Shown here piece by piece: positions 18,386 through 27,410 of a stretch of DNA of 64,000 bases (positions are counted from its first letter, which is position 1; every line of letters starts with the position of its first letter). The position numbers and the translations under genes are program-made. The DNA comes from Flavobacteriaceae bacterium (GTDB lineage Bacteria; Bacteroidota; Bacteroidia; Flavobacteriales; Flavobacteriaceae). The DNA lies in contig JAXMLV010000054.1 in NCBI GenBank assembly GCA_034367065.1, forward strand, positions 32,541 through 96,540, written 5' to 3'. The notes beneath the pieces were generated by a model. That model did not search any database. It saw only the letters and a program-made list of their open reading frames with translations, and was not told the DNA's origin.

Positions 18386-18548
18386 TAATCTTTATTTTAA
18401 ACAAAACACCCAAAAGAACAGCGACTATTACCAAAGCCAACAAGCCTTGATCTATTGGAAGACCCGGCGGCGGTGGAGGAGGACCCATTGGTGGGGGCGG
18501 ATTGATGTCTCCTGTTAATAATAACAACATTGTAGTTGTTAATAGCAT
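18360..18548 (-). CDS. Small secreted or membrane-anchored protein: signal peptide, poly-Pro tract, then a P-I-D motif, a TM helix and a basic tail (sorting-signal-like)
   Basis: The sequence is MLLTTTMLLLLTG-DINPPPPMGPPPPPPGLPID-QGLLALVIVAVLLGVLF-KIKIIK. It has its own TAnnTTTG box 28 nt upstream. The 3' end overlaps ribE convergently by 26 nt. Confidence 0.45.
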   Translation of the reverse strand: MLLTTTMLLLLTGDINPPPPMGPPPPPPGLPIDQGLLALVIVAVLLGVLFKIKIIKTAFSRV

Positions 18549-18575
18549 ATTGTTAGTCGGCTAATATTGTTTTTG

Positions 18576-18583
18576 CAAAAATA
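18576..18583 (-). promoter_or_regulatory. Bacteroidota -7 promoter element for the 62-aa ORF
   Basis: The minus-strand sequence is TATTTTTG, located 28 nt upstream of ATG 18548. Confidence 0.4.
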
Positions 18584-18693
18584 ACCAAAAATGTTTTACT
18601 ACATCATTAATTCGTTAAACTGTAAATTATTAACGATAAAACGTTGTTATGCTAACTTTTTGTTAAACCATAAACGGAACATTTTCAAAAAAA

Positions 18694-19311
18694 TTATAGG
18701 TTTATCATAAATCCTGTTTCAACATGAAAAGTGTTTACACCACTGTTTGGGCTTTTGAGTCCGGCATTGGAAAGATGGCGCATACCAGCTCGAATATCGA
18801 AAGATGTATTTTTGAAGGTTTGAAGACTGATGCCCAAAGAGGCTTGGCTGGCAAAATTGATTCCCTTGGCCAATCGCGCAGTTGAATTGCCGAGGTAAAG
18901 TGCGCCAAAACTGATGATGCCGTAAGTGCTTAAATATTTTGTCAGATGATGCCTGAACAATACGCCATTGGTGACTCCATATTCGAGCAAATGCGCTTGA
19001 TCAACGACCTTGTTTGCTTTTCTTTCTTCCTCAGTTAGGTTGAGAGTCCGGTTAAATTGACGAAATTTTGTAATGTTTACCTGTGGTTCCGAAAGAAATT
19101 CATAATCGAAAACACGTCCCTTTTTCAACAAGTAACTGAATTGAAGTTTGATTTGGTTGCTCTCCCAAGAATAATCAGCTTCTTTGTAGGGCGACTGATC
19201 TGCCCAACCATACATCAATCCCAACTTTATCCGATGATTTTCTTTAAAAGCCTGCGCCTGTGCGGAATGATAATAGGTCACAGCAAGCAAAAAAATGATA
19301 TACTTCTGCAT
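18694..19311 (-). CDS. Acyloxyacyl hydrolase / lipid A deacylase (PagL-like) outer-membrane barrel
   Basis: It has a signal peptide (...YHSAQAQ), beta-strand periodicity and a C-terminal ...MRHLSNAG... (H-x-S-N catalytic-type motif). Confidence 0.55.
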   Translation of the reverse strand: MQKYIIFLLAVTYYHSAQAQAFKENHRIKLGLMYGWADQSPYKEADYSWESNQIKLQFSYLLKKGRVFDYEFLSEPQVNITKFRQFNRTLNLTEEERKANKVVDQAHLLEYGVTNGVLFRHHLTKYLSTYGIISFGALYLGNSTARLAKGINFASQASLGISLQTFKNTSFDIRAGMRHLSNAGLKSPNSGVNTFHVETGFMINL

Positions 19312-19445
19312 CTAACTTTGATAGGTTTAAAATTGATTTGACAGGTTTGAACAAAATGTATAAACTCGTTTTGGTCAACTTCACTTAAGACGAAATGTTA
19401 AAATCAAACTTAACCTTGAATCTTATTTTTAACAACACTTTAATT

Positions 19446-22373
19446 TTAACCTATCAATGCCTGTCTCAATATGGTCACCGGATGCAGGGCTTCGCGCTTT
19501 GTACCATCTCTGATTTGATGCCGGCAACTGGTTCCGGCAGCGGCTATGATTGTGTCAGGCTCTGCTTTGCGAACTGCGGGGAATAGGGTTTGTTCCCCGA
19601 TTTGCATGCTGAGATCGTAGTGTTCTTTTTCGTAGCCGAAAGAACCCGCCATCCCGCAACAACCTGATGGGATAATAGTTACTGTATGATTTTCCGGATA
19701 ATTGAGCACAAAAAAGGTAGGCTCTATCCCTGACAAAGCTTTCTGATGGCAATGCCCGTGTATTTTGATAATTTTTTTATCTCTTTGAAATTTTGATTTG
19801 GAAATGTTTCCGGCTTTCATCTCTTTTTGAAGAAATTCCTCAATCAAATAGGTGTTTTCAGCAATTTTTTTGGCAGCATTTTTGTCGGCAGCCATGCGAA
19901 GGTACTCATCTCGGAAAGTCAAGATGGCAGAAGGTTCAATGCCAATCAAAGGCGTGTTTTCGGTTATGATGTCTTTGAATACGGATATGTTTACGTCTGC
20001 AAATTTTTTGGCTTGATCCAACAATCCTTTGGAAATAAAAGCCCGGCCACTTTCCGCATGCTTGACAAATTGAACGTCATATCCCAATCCCTGAAGTAAT
20101 TCGATGGCATCAATGCCTATTGAAGTGTCAAGGTAATTGGTGAATTCATCGTTAAAAAAATACACTGATTTCAGTTTTGAGTCGTTCGGTTTTGCAGTTG
20201 ATTTTCGCACCCATTTTTCCAAACTTATTTTCGAGAGCAAGGGTAATGTGCGCTTCTTCGCCACTCCGGTCATCGCTTTTATTACACCCGCTGTCAACTT
20301 ATTTGTAAATAAAAAATTGGTTACTGAAGAAAATTTACCACCCAACCGATTGAGGCTGTTGTTGTAGGCAAAAATTTTGGAGCGCAACGGAACGCCATTT
20401 GATTTTTGATATTGATAAAGAAACTCGGCTTTTAAGCTCGCCGCATCCACATTCGACGGACATTCACCCACGCAACCTTTGCAACTCAGACACAAATCGA
20501 ATACTTCTTTGAGTTGTTCGCTGTCGAATCGATTGACTTTGGTGTTGTGGGTCAGTATTTCTCTTAAGGTGTTGGCACGTGCGCGCGTGGTGTCTTTTTC
20601 CAAACGGGTGGCGCGATAACTCGGGCACATGGTACCACCGCTTTCCGGTAGCTTTCGGCAGTCGCCGGCTCCGTTGCATTTCTCGGCAGCACGCAAAATA
20701 CCCTGCGAGTCCGAAAAATCAAGCAGGGTTTCAATCTCAGGCGTAACAGCATCTTTTTCAAACCGCAAAGATTCATCCATCGGCCAGGCATTCACAATTT
20801 TTCCGGGATTAAAAATCCCTTCCGGGTCAAAAGTATTTTTGATGCGTTGGAAGAGTTCGTAATTGGCTTTGCCCACCATTTGTGGGATGAATTCAGCCCG
20901 GACAATCCCATCGCCATGTTCGCCGCTCATCGAACCCTTGTATTTTTGAACCAAATCGGCAACGGCTTGTGTTATTTCCCTGAAAAGGCGGACATCTCCG
21001 GATTTTTTCAAATCCAAAATCGGCCTCAAATGGAGTTCGCCTGCACCGGCATGTGCGTAATAAACAGCATCTTGACCAAAACGCTCCATCAATTCGGAAA
21101 ATTCTTTGATGTAGGCAGGTAAATCTTTGAGTGAAACTGCGGTGTCTTCGATGCAAGCAACAGCTTTTCGGTCGCCAATCATGTTTCCCAACAGTCCCAA
21201 ACCGGCTTTGCGAAGCTCGATTGCCTGGTTGATTTCATTTCCTTTCAGCGTCACGTCGGCATACGAAAACCCGCTTCGTTTTATATCCGACAACAGATTT
21301 TCGGCTTGTATTTCAGCATCTTCAGGAGCGTGACTCGCAACTTCAAACATCATAATCGCCTTGGGATCACCGCTGATAAAAAATCGATTTTTTAGCTGAA
21401 CCGGATTGTTTTTGGTGCAGTCTAAAATTACTTTGTCCAACATTTCGCAGGAATAAAGCCGGTGTTTCATGGCCACCAAGACGGCGTTCATGCTCTTCTC
21501 AATGCTGTCGAAATGCGAAACCACCATGATGTTGTTTGCAGGTGGCAAGTCGTCTAATTGCAATTTTATTTTCGTCGTAAAAGCCAAAGTTCCCTCGCTT
21601 CCTGCCATTAATTTGGAGAAATTAAAAGGCTCTTCCGAATCACCAAAGACTGCATTTTCGAGTAGTGCGTCCACGGCATAACCGGTATTTCGTCGATGAA
21701 TTTCCGGTTTCGGGAAATGCGTTTTGATTTGATTTTGAACGGCATCCGACGACAACGCTTTAAAAATAGATTGATATAGTTTCCCTTCAAGGGTTTTTAA
21801 TTTCGTTTTTTGTTGGAATTCTATTGGGTTTAAATTTTTGAAACTCACTTCGCTTCCGTCTGCGAGCAAGCAATCCAATTCCAAAATCTTGTCACGCGTA
21901 ACGCCGTAGCGGATGGAGGTAGTTCCGGAAGAGTTGTTGCCGACCATTCCGCCAATCATACAGCGGTTGGTTGTGGACGTATTGGGGGCAAAAAAAAGCC
22001 CAAATTCTTTTAAGTGATAATTGAGTTCGTCACGAACTACGCCCGGCTCTACAACGACGGTTTTGTTTTCAGCATCGATTTCTATAATGTTGTTCAGATG
22101 TTTTGATACATCAACGATGATGCCTTCGCCAACCACCTGTCCGGCAAGCGAAGTTCCTGCAGTTCGAGGAATAATAGGGACGTGGTATTTCGAGGCGAAA
22201 CGAATGATTTTTTGAATATCTAAAGCGTTTTTCGGGTAGGCGACCGCCAACGGAATTTTTCGATAGACAGAAGCATCAGTGGCATAGATGGTTCGGGTTA
22301 AATCGTCGGTGTGTAAACTGCCTTCGAGCTGTTGACTGAGTTTTGCAAGTTCTTTTGGGTTCATTTCATGCAT
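19446..22373 (-). CDS. FAD-binding oxidase fused to Fe-S and CCG domains (YdiJ-like, GlcD/GlcF-type fusion)
   Basis: It has an N-terminal FAD/PCMH-type region, CLSCKGCVGECP and ...CPSYRAT... cluster motifs, and a C-terminal Cys-rich repeat (CCGMAGSFG). The start is set at ATG 22373 or 22364 because a terminator hairpin occupies the first codons of the longest ORF. Confidence 0.8.
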   Translation of the reverse strand: MHEMNPKELAKLSQQLEGSLHTDDLTRTIYATDASVYRKIPLAVAYPKNALDIQKIIRFASKYHVPIIPRTAGTSLAGQVVGEGIIVDVSKHLNNIIEIDAENKTVVVEPGVVRDELNYHLKEFGLFFAPNTSTTNRCMIGGMVGNNSSGTTSIRYGVTRDKILELDCLLADGSEVSFKNLNPIEFQQKTKLKTLEGKLYQSIFKALSSDAVQNQIKTHFPKPEIHRRNTGYAVDALLENAVFGDSEEPFNFSKLMAGSEGTLAFTTKIKLQLDDLPPANNIMVVSHFDSIEKSMNAVLVAMKHRLYSCEMLDKVILDCTKNNPVQLKNRFFISGDPKAIMMFEVASHAPEDAEIQAENLLSDIKRSGFSYADVTLKGNEINQAIELRKAGLGLLGNMIGDRKAVACIEDTAVSLKDLPAYIKEFSELMERFGQDAVYYAHAGAGELHLRPILDLKKSGDVRLFREITQAVADLVQKYKGSMSGEHGDGIVRAEFIPQMVGKANYELFQRIKNTFDPEGIFNPGKIVNAWPMDESLRFEKDAVTPEIETLLDFSDSQGILRAAEKCNGAGDCRKLPESGGTMCPSYRATRLEKDTTRARANTLREILTHNTKVNRFDSEQLKEVFDLCLSCKGCVGECPSNVDAASLKAEFLYQYQKSNGVPLRSKIFAYNNSLNRLGGKFSSVTNFLFTNKLTAGVIKAMTGVAKKRTLPLLSKISLEKWVRKSTAKPNDSKLKSVYFFNDEFTNYLDTSIGIDAIELLQGLGYDVQFVKHAESGRAFISKGLLDQAKKFADVNISVFKDIITENTPLIGIEPSAILTFRDEYLRMAADKNAAKKIAENTYLIEEFLQKEMKAGNISKSKFQRDKKIIKIHGHCHQKALSGIEPTFFVLNYPENHTVTIIPSGCCGMAGSFGYEKEHYDLSMQIGEQTLFPAVRKAEPDTIIAAAGTSCRHQIRDGTKREALHPVTILRQALIG

Positions 22374-22374
22374 T

Positions 22375-22413
22375 AAAAAAAGCCCTGTAAAGTAAATCAT
22401 TTACAAGGCTTTT
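22375..22413 (-). terminator. Rho-independent terminator after the HtrA gene
   Basis: The minus-strand hairpin is GCCTTGTAAA-tgatttac-TTTACAGGGC (one mismatch), followed by TTTTTTT. Confidence 0.6.
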
Positions 22414-22440
22414 TACAAGTTTTCTGTCGATTGTTATCGG

Positions 22441-23877
22441 TTATCTGCCGAAGAATCTTATTTTTTCGACCCCCCCCGATTTGTTTAACATATCGAGCAA
22501 GATGGGCTGATCGTCAGATTTTGCCTCGATTATTTTCGAGACATCTTCTACAGTATTTACTTTAATTCCATTGATGGCTGTAATCACATAACCTTCTGCT
22601 AAACCTCCATATTTAATTAAATCTGCACGATTAACACGACTCACGACCACGCCTTGTTTGAGATTTTTCTTTTTCGCTTCTTCGGGACTCATGTTTTTAA
22701 GTTCAATTCCGTACAAGTTGTATCGAACCAATTCGTTTTTGGTTAATTTTACCCTAAATTCTTTTATTTCACCGGATCGGTCAACAGACACATTCACTTC
22801 ATCCCCGGGTCTTTTGGTGTTGAGATAACCTGACAAATCTGCAAATTTTGAAATTTTGATGTTATCGAGTTTGATGATGACATCTCCTTTTTTAAGCCCG
22901 GCATTTGAAGCACCCGAATTGGTCTCTACATCTTCAATATAAAAACCCTCGGTTTCGTTGAGTCCTAATTTTTTCACTAATTCGTTGTTGACTTCTCCTC
23001 CTGTTACACCTAAAATACCGTTTTGTACATCCCCGAATTCCATCAAATCTTCCACGACTTTTCGTGCAATATTACTCGGAACAGCAAAAGAATATCCGAC
23101 ATAGGAACCGGTTTGAGAAGTGATGGCTGTGTTGATTCCTATCAATTCACCCCGTGTATTGACCAACGCACCACCGCTGTTTCCGGGATTGACAGCCGCA
23201 TCGGTCTGTATAAACGATTGGATGGATTTTCTGGGGTTATTGCCTAAATCGCGGGCTTTGGCACTGATGATGCCAGCCGTGACGGTTGAGTTCAAATTAT
23301 AAGGATTCCCAACGGCCAAAACCCATTCTCCTACCTTGGTGTTGTCTGAATCTCCGAAGGTGATAAAAGACAGGTTATTTCCGGCATCGATTTTTATGAG
23401 AGCGATATCGGATTTGGGATCTGTTCCGATAAGCTTGGCTTCAAATTCTCGATTGTCATTTAGGGTAATACTGATCTTTGTTGCGTTTTCAATCACATGG
23501 TTGTTGGTGATGATGTAACCGTCCGGAGATATGATGACACCCGAACCCGAACCGACAACTTCTTTATTCTGACCGCCGCCGTATCCGTATAAAAACTCAA
23601 GCAATGGATTGCTGGGCACGTCGGCAACGGCTGTATTTTTTACATGAACTACTGTGTGGATGGTTTTTTCCGCGGCATCCGTAAACTCAACCACATCTGT
23701 GGGTAACCCTGCTACATTATTCGAAACATACTTCGTCTGCACAACTTGCGGACTCAATCCGGTAACAATAGAATTCTGATTTTCCGGATTTTTCTCTAAA
23801 AAGATTTTGTATGAAGCTAAGGTAACAGCTCCACCGATAACTGAAACTAATACAAGACTAAGAAACTTTTTCATCAT
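22441..23877 (-). CDS. htrA: Periplasmic serine protease, HtrA/DegQ family, with two PDZ domains
   Basis: The catalytic triad context is present (TNNHV, DIALIKI, GNSGGALVN), and there is an N-terminal signal anchor. Confidence 0.9.
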   Translation of the reverse strand: MMKKFLSLVLVSVIGGAVTLASYKIFLEKNPENQNSIVTGLSPQVVQTKYVSNNVAGLPTDVVEFTDAAEKTIHTVVHVKNTAVADVPSNPLLEFLYGYGGGQNKEVVGSGSGVIISPDGYIITNNHVIENATKISITLNDNREFEAKLIGTDPKSDIALIKIDAGNNLSFITFGDSDNTKVGEWVLAVGNPYNLNSTVTAGIISAKARDLGNNPRKSIQSFIQTDAAVNPGNSGGALVNTRGELIGINTAITSQTGSYVGYSFAVPSNIARKVVEDLMEFGDVQNGILGVTGGEVNNELVKKLGLNETEGFYIEDVETNSGASNAGLKKGDVIIKLDNIKISKFADLSGYLNTKRPGDEVNVSVDRSGEIKEFRVKLTKNELVRYNLYGIELKNMSPEEAKKKNLKQGVVVSRVNRADLIKYGGLAEGYVITAINGIKVNTVEDVSKIIEAKSDDQPILLDMLNKSGGVEKIRFFGR

Positions 23878-23987
23878 ATATTATTTTAAATTATTACGTA
23901 AAATTAGTCGCAAAATTTATTTCTTTTAATCAGTTTAACGCCAGTTTAACGCCAAGTGAATTTGGTTAGTTTTTATTTAACTTTGTC

Positions 23988-23995
23988 ACTTTATT
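23988..23995 (+). promoter_or_regulatory. Bacteroidota -7 promoter element for dapF
   Basis: TAACTTTG ends 7 nt before the dapF ATG. Confidence 0.4.
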
Positions 23996-24002
23996 TATTT
24001 TT

Positions 24003-24779
24003 ATGCAAATCGAATTTTTTAAATACCAAGGAACCGGAAACGATTTTGTCATACTCGACAATAGAAAACACAGTTTTGACAAAAATGATACCAAACTGAT
24101 TGCTAAACTTTGCGACAGGAAATTTGGCATTGGCGCAGACGGTTTAATTTTATTAGAAAATCATCCGTCATGCGATTTCAAAATGGTTTATTACAACTCA
24201 GACGGAAGAGAAAGCAGCATGTGTGGAAACGGCGGCAGGTGTTTGGTTGCTTTTGCTAAACTTTTAGGTATTATCGACCAAAATGCGAACTTCGAGGCCA
24301 TTGATGGTTTTCACCAAGCTTACATAGAAAATGACTTGATACATTTGAAAATGCAAGACGTAGCAACAATCGAAAATTATACAAATCACGTGTTTTTAGA
24401 TACGGGATCGCCACACCATGTGACGTTGGTGAAGGATTTGAAATCTTTTGATGTGGTGAGAACCGGGAGTTCCATCAGGCGAGGCGCACCCTACTTTGAG
24501 AAGGGAACCAATGTCAATTTTGTCGAGCAAGCCGATACCGACATTTTTTCAGTACGAACCTACGAACGCGGCGTGGAAAATGAAACTTTGTCATGTGGAA
24601 CTGGCGTAACTGCTGTTGCGCTGGCCATGCATCATTTGAAAAAATCTTCTGAAGCAGTGCGTTTACTCACACCCGGAGGTGAACTCAAGGTGGTTTTTAA
24701 AAAAACAACAAAAGGCTATGAAGATATTTACTTGATTGGCCCGGCATGTATGGTGTTTAAAGGAACGTATCTGTGTTAA
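24003..24779 (+). CDS. dapF: Diaminopimelate epimerase
   Basis: GNDF lies near the N-terminus, and both catalytic Cys motifs are present (MCGNGGRC and SCGTG). Confidence 0.9.
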   Translation: MQIEFFKYQGTGNDFVILDNRKHSFDKNDTKLIAKLCDRKFGIGADGLILLENHPSCDFKMVYYNSDGRESSMCGNGGRCLVAFAKLLGIIDQNANFEAIDGFHQAYIENDLIHLKMQDVATIENYTNHVFLDTGSPHHVTLVKDLKSFDVVRTGSSIRRGAPYFEKGTNVNFVEQADTDIFSVRTYERGVENETLSCGTGVTAVALAMHHLKKSSEAVRLLTPGGELKVVFKKTTKGYEDIYLIGPACMVFKGTYLC

Positions 24780-25294
24780 GGTTGAAAAATGAATATTGTC
24801 AACTCCGGGCATTAGAACCCGATGATTTGAATTTTCTTTTGAAAATAGAAAATGATGAATCGCTTTGGAAAATCAGCAATACCCAAATCCCTTTTTCAAA
24901 ATATCTATTGACAGCGTATTTGAAAAATGCTGGAGAAGATATTTATGCGGTCAAACAACTGCGTTTAGTGATTTGTCTTCCGGACGGCGAAGCGGTCGGT
25001 CTGCTCGACTTTTTTGACTTCGAGCCCAAACACAAAAGGGCAGGTATTGGCATAGTGCTGAACGAACTTCACCGAAACAAAGGAATTGGAAATGAGGTTT
25101 TAAGTTTGGTGAAAGCATACGCCCGAGACGGCTTGGATCTGCACCAAATCTATGCCAATATTGGTGAACATAATTCCGCAAGTTTGAAACTATTTGAAAA
25201 ATCAGGTTTTCGGAAAACCGGAACCAAAATCGATTGGATATACGATGCAGGTTCTTTTGAGAATGAAATCATGGTTCAACTTATTTTTGCATAA
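24773..25294 (+). CDS. GNAT family N-acetyltransferase
   Basis: An acetyl-CoA binding-type motif (HRNKGIGNEVL) is present. The start is GTG 24773 or TTG 24782, overlapping the dapF stop. Confidence 0.75.
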   Translation: MLRLKNEYCQLRALEPDDLNFLLKIENDESLWKISNTQIPFSKYLLTAYLKNAGEDIYAVKQLRLVICLPDGEAVGLLDFFDFEPKHKRAGIGIVLNELHRNKGIGNEVLSLVKAYARDGLDLHQIYANIGEHNSASLKLFEKSGFRKTGTKIDWIYDAGSFENEIMVQLIFA

Positions 25295-25298
25295 AAAA

Positions 25299-26342
25299 AT
25301 GTACTTAAAAAAAATTGTCATCGCTACATTGCTCATCGGACTCTTGATCGTCGGTTATTTTTCGTTTCGGATATACCAGATTGTCATGATGCCCAATACC
25401 AATTTCAACAACCCGGAAGCAACCCTTTTTATCAAAACAGGAGAAACATATCCGGAACTCAGAAGAGATTTGGAGACCTTGTTGAAAAACATCGATAATT
25501 TTGATGTGTTGGCAGAGCGAAAAGGATATGTAAGCAACTTGAAGGCGGGGAAATATATCCTAAAAAAAGGAATGAATAACAACGCCATCATCAATACATT
25601 ACGGACTGCCAATGTGCCTGTTAGAGTTTCCTTCAACAACCAAGAAACCATATACAATTTGGCGGGACGGATCTCTAAACAAATCGAAGCAGATAGTACA
25701 TCGCTCATAAACAGCATGTTGAGTGAAACATTCTTGAATAAAAACAGTCTTGATGAGCAAACCGTTTTGAGTTATTTTATTCCCAATACTTACGAGTTTT
25801 TTTGGAACACGTCGGCCAATCAATTTATCGAAAGAATGGGGGATGAAAACCAACGGTTTTGGAATACCGAAAGACTGGCTAAAGCAGAAAAATTAGATTT
25901 ATCACCAACCCAAGTAAGCATTTTGGCATCGATAGTTCAAAAAGAAACCAACAAGCGCGATGAAATGCCCCGCGTGGCGGGAGTTTACTTGAACCGGTTG
26001 AAAAAAGGCTGGCCGCTGCAAGCCGACCCGACGGTTATTTTTGCAATGAAAAAAAATAGTGGAAATTTTGACTTAGTGATTAAAAGAGTATTGTTGAAAG
26101 ATTTAGAAATAGATTCGCACTACAACACCTACAAATACCAAGGATTGCCACCAGGTCCAATCGCGATGCCCGATATCGTTGCCTTAGATGCTGTTTTGAA
26201 TCCGGAAGTACATGAATACTTCTATTTTGTTGCAGATGTAGATCATTTTGGCTATCACAAATTTGCAAAAACACTTCAACAGCACAACCAAAATCGAATT
26301 AAATACCAACAATGGGTCAACAAACAGCGCATCATGCGTTAA
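25299..26342 (+). CDS. mltG: Endolytic murein transglycosylase (YceG-like)
   Basis: It has an N-terminal TM anchor (MYLKKIVIATLLIGLLIVGYF) and a YceG-type core (...LASIVQKE..., ...YNTYKYQGLPPGPI...). The start is set at ATG 25299, right after the GNAT stop. Confidence 0.85.
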   Translation: MYLKKIVIATLLIGLLIVGYFSFRIYQIVMMPNTNFNNPEATLFIKTGETYPELRRDLETLLKNIDNFDVLAERKGYVSNLKAGKYILKKGMNNNAIINTLRTANVPVRVSFNNQETIYNLAGRISKQIEADSTSLINSMLSETFLNKNSLDEQTVLSYFIPNTYEFFWNTSANQFIERMGDENQRFWNTERLAKAEKLDLSPTQVSILASIVQKETNKRDEMPRVAGVYLNRLKKGWPLQADPTVIFAMKKNSGNFDLVIKRVLLKDLEIDSHYNTYKYQGLPPGPIAMPDIVALDAVLNPEVHEYFYFVADVDHFGYHKFAKTLQQHNQNRIKYQQWVNKQRIMR

Positions 26343-26548
26343 ATATGTGTTAAAATAACCACCTTTTTCAGTGTCCTATTTTGTCAAATATATGTTTTAT
26401 ATTACCCTATATTGCGATTTATAAAATCTTATATAAATCAATTTAACGTCAGTCGGAATAAGCGTTTGACGGCTAAATAAATCCCAAAACCCACGATTTC
26501 ATTAAGATAAGATTAACTCACTAAGATTCAAGCTGTCAAAAAAAGGCT

Positions 26549-26556
26549 TATCTTTG
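26549..26556 (+). promoter_or_regulatory. Bacteroidota -7 promoter element
   Basis: TATCTTTG lies 60 nt upstream of ATG 26617. Confidence 0.4.
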
Positions 26557-26616
26557 CACAGTTAATTTTAAGCACTTTGTTTCGACCAAGGTAAGGCTTA
26601 AAGGAAATTAAATCTT

Positions 26617-27252
26617 ATGAAAAAACGAGTTATCAAGTATTCTTATTTTGTAGCCGTTTTAGCTCTTATCAGTTTCGGTTTTTCTGACAAAAAATCCATT
26701 AAAATCCACCCCAGTTTTATAGTAACCGATCCTGTAGAGGCTGATTTTCCGCAACATTATGCATCGGCCAATCAGGAATTTGTTTTGAAAGTTCCTTTTT
26801 ACGGCAGATCGTTTAATGCATTTAAGGAACGGTTGGCTTTTAAAGAATCTGGCGGAAGATACAATGTGGTCAATCCGTATGGTTATATGGGTAAATATCA
26901 GTTTGGCGCATCTACCCTTAAAATGTTGGGTGTACACGACACTGTAACTTTCCTAAAAACGCCTGTACTTCAAGAAATTGTATTTGAGAAGTACATTGCT
27001 AAAAACAAATGGATTCTCAGACGAGACATCGCGAAATACGATGGGAAAATCATCAACGGTGATTTGGTAACGGAATCTGGTATTTTGGCCGCAGCCCACT
27101 TGGCAGGAGCCGGTAATGTAAAAAATTATCTTAGAAGTAACGGGCAAGTCCGATTTTCTGATGCGAATGGTGCTTCTATCAAGTATTACATTCATAAATT
27201 TTCAGGCTATAACTTGTCAATGATAAAAGAAGACAAGTACGCAAGACTCTAA
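26617..27252 (+). CDS. Secreted lysozyme-like (SLT-type) domain protein, tentative
   Basis: It has a signal/anchor segment. ...FKESGGRYNVVNPYGYMGKYQFG... resembles the E-S ... G-x-x-Q catalytic region of lytic transglycosylases. Confidence 0.4.
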   Translation: MKKRVIKYSYFVAVLALISFGFSDKKSIKIHPSFIVTDPVEADFPQHYASANQEFVLKVPFYGRSFNAFKERLAFKESGGRYNVVNPYGYMGKYQFGASTLKMLGVHDTVTFLKTPVLQEIVFEKYIAKNKWILRRDIAKYDGKIINGDLVTESGILAAAHLAGAGNVKNYLRSNGQVRFSDANGASIKYYIHKFSGYNLSMIKEDKYARL

Positions 27253-27280
27253 TCTATCCCTAATCGTTTAGACTTTTCTA

Positions 27281-27316
27281 AAAGACCAAAAATTCATCGA
27301 ATTTTTGGTCTTTTTA
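27281..27316 (+). terminator. Rho-independent terminator
   Basis: The stem AAAGACCAAAAATTC-atc-GAATTTTTGGTCTTT is perfect and is followed by Ts. Confidence 0.75.
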
Positions 27317-27410
27317 TTTGTGGTAATGTGGTCAAAAATAATTTTGGGTTCTATTCAGCATGCAATCTTTTAATAAACAATTTGCTGTGATGCTGCTAAA
27401 AAAACAAAAA

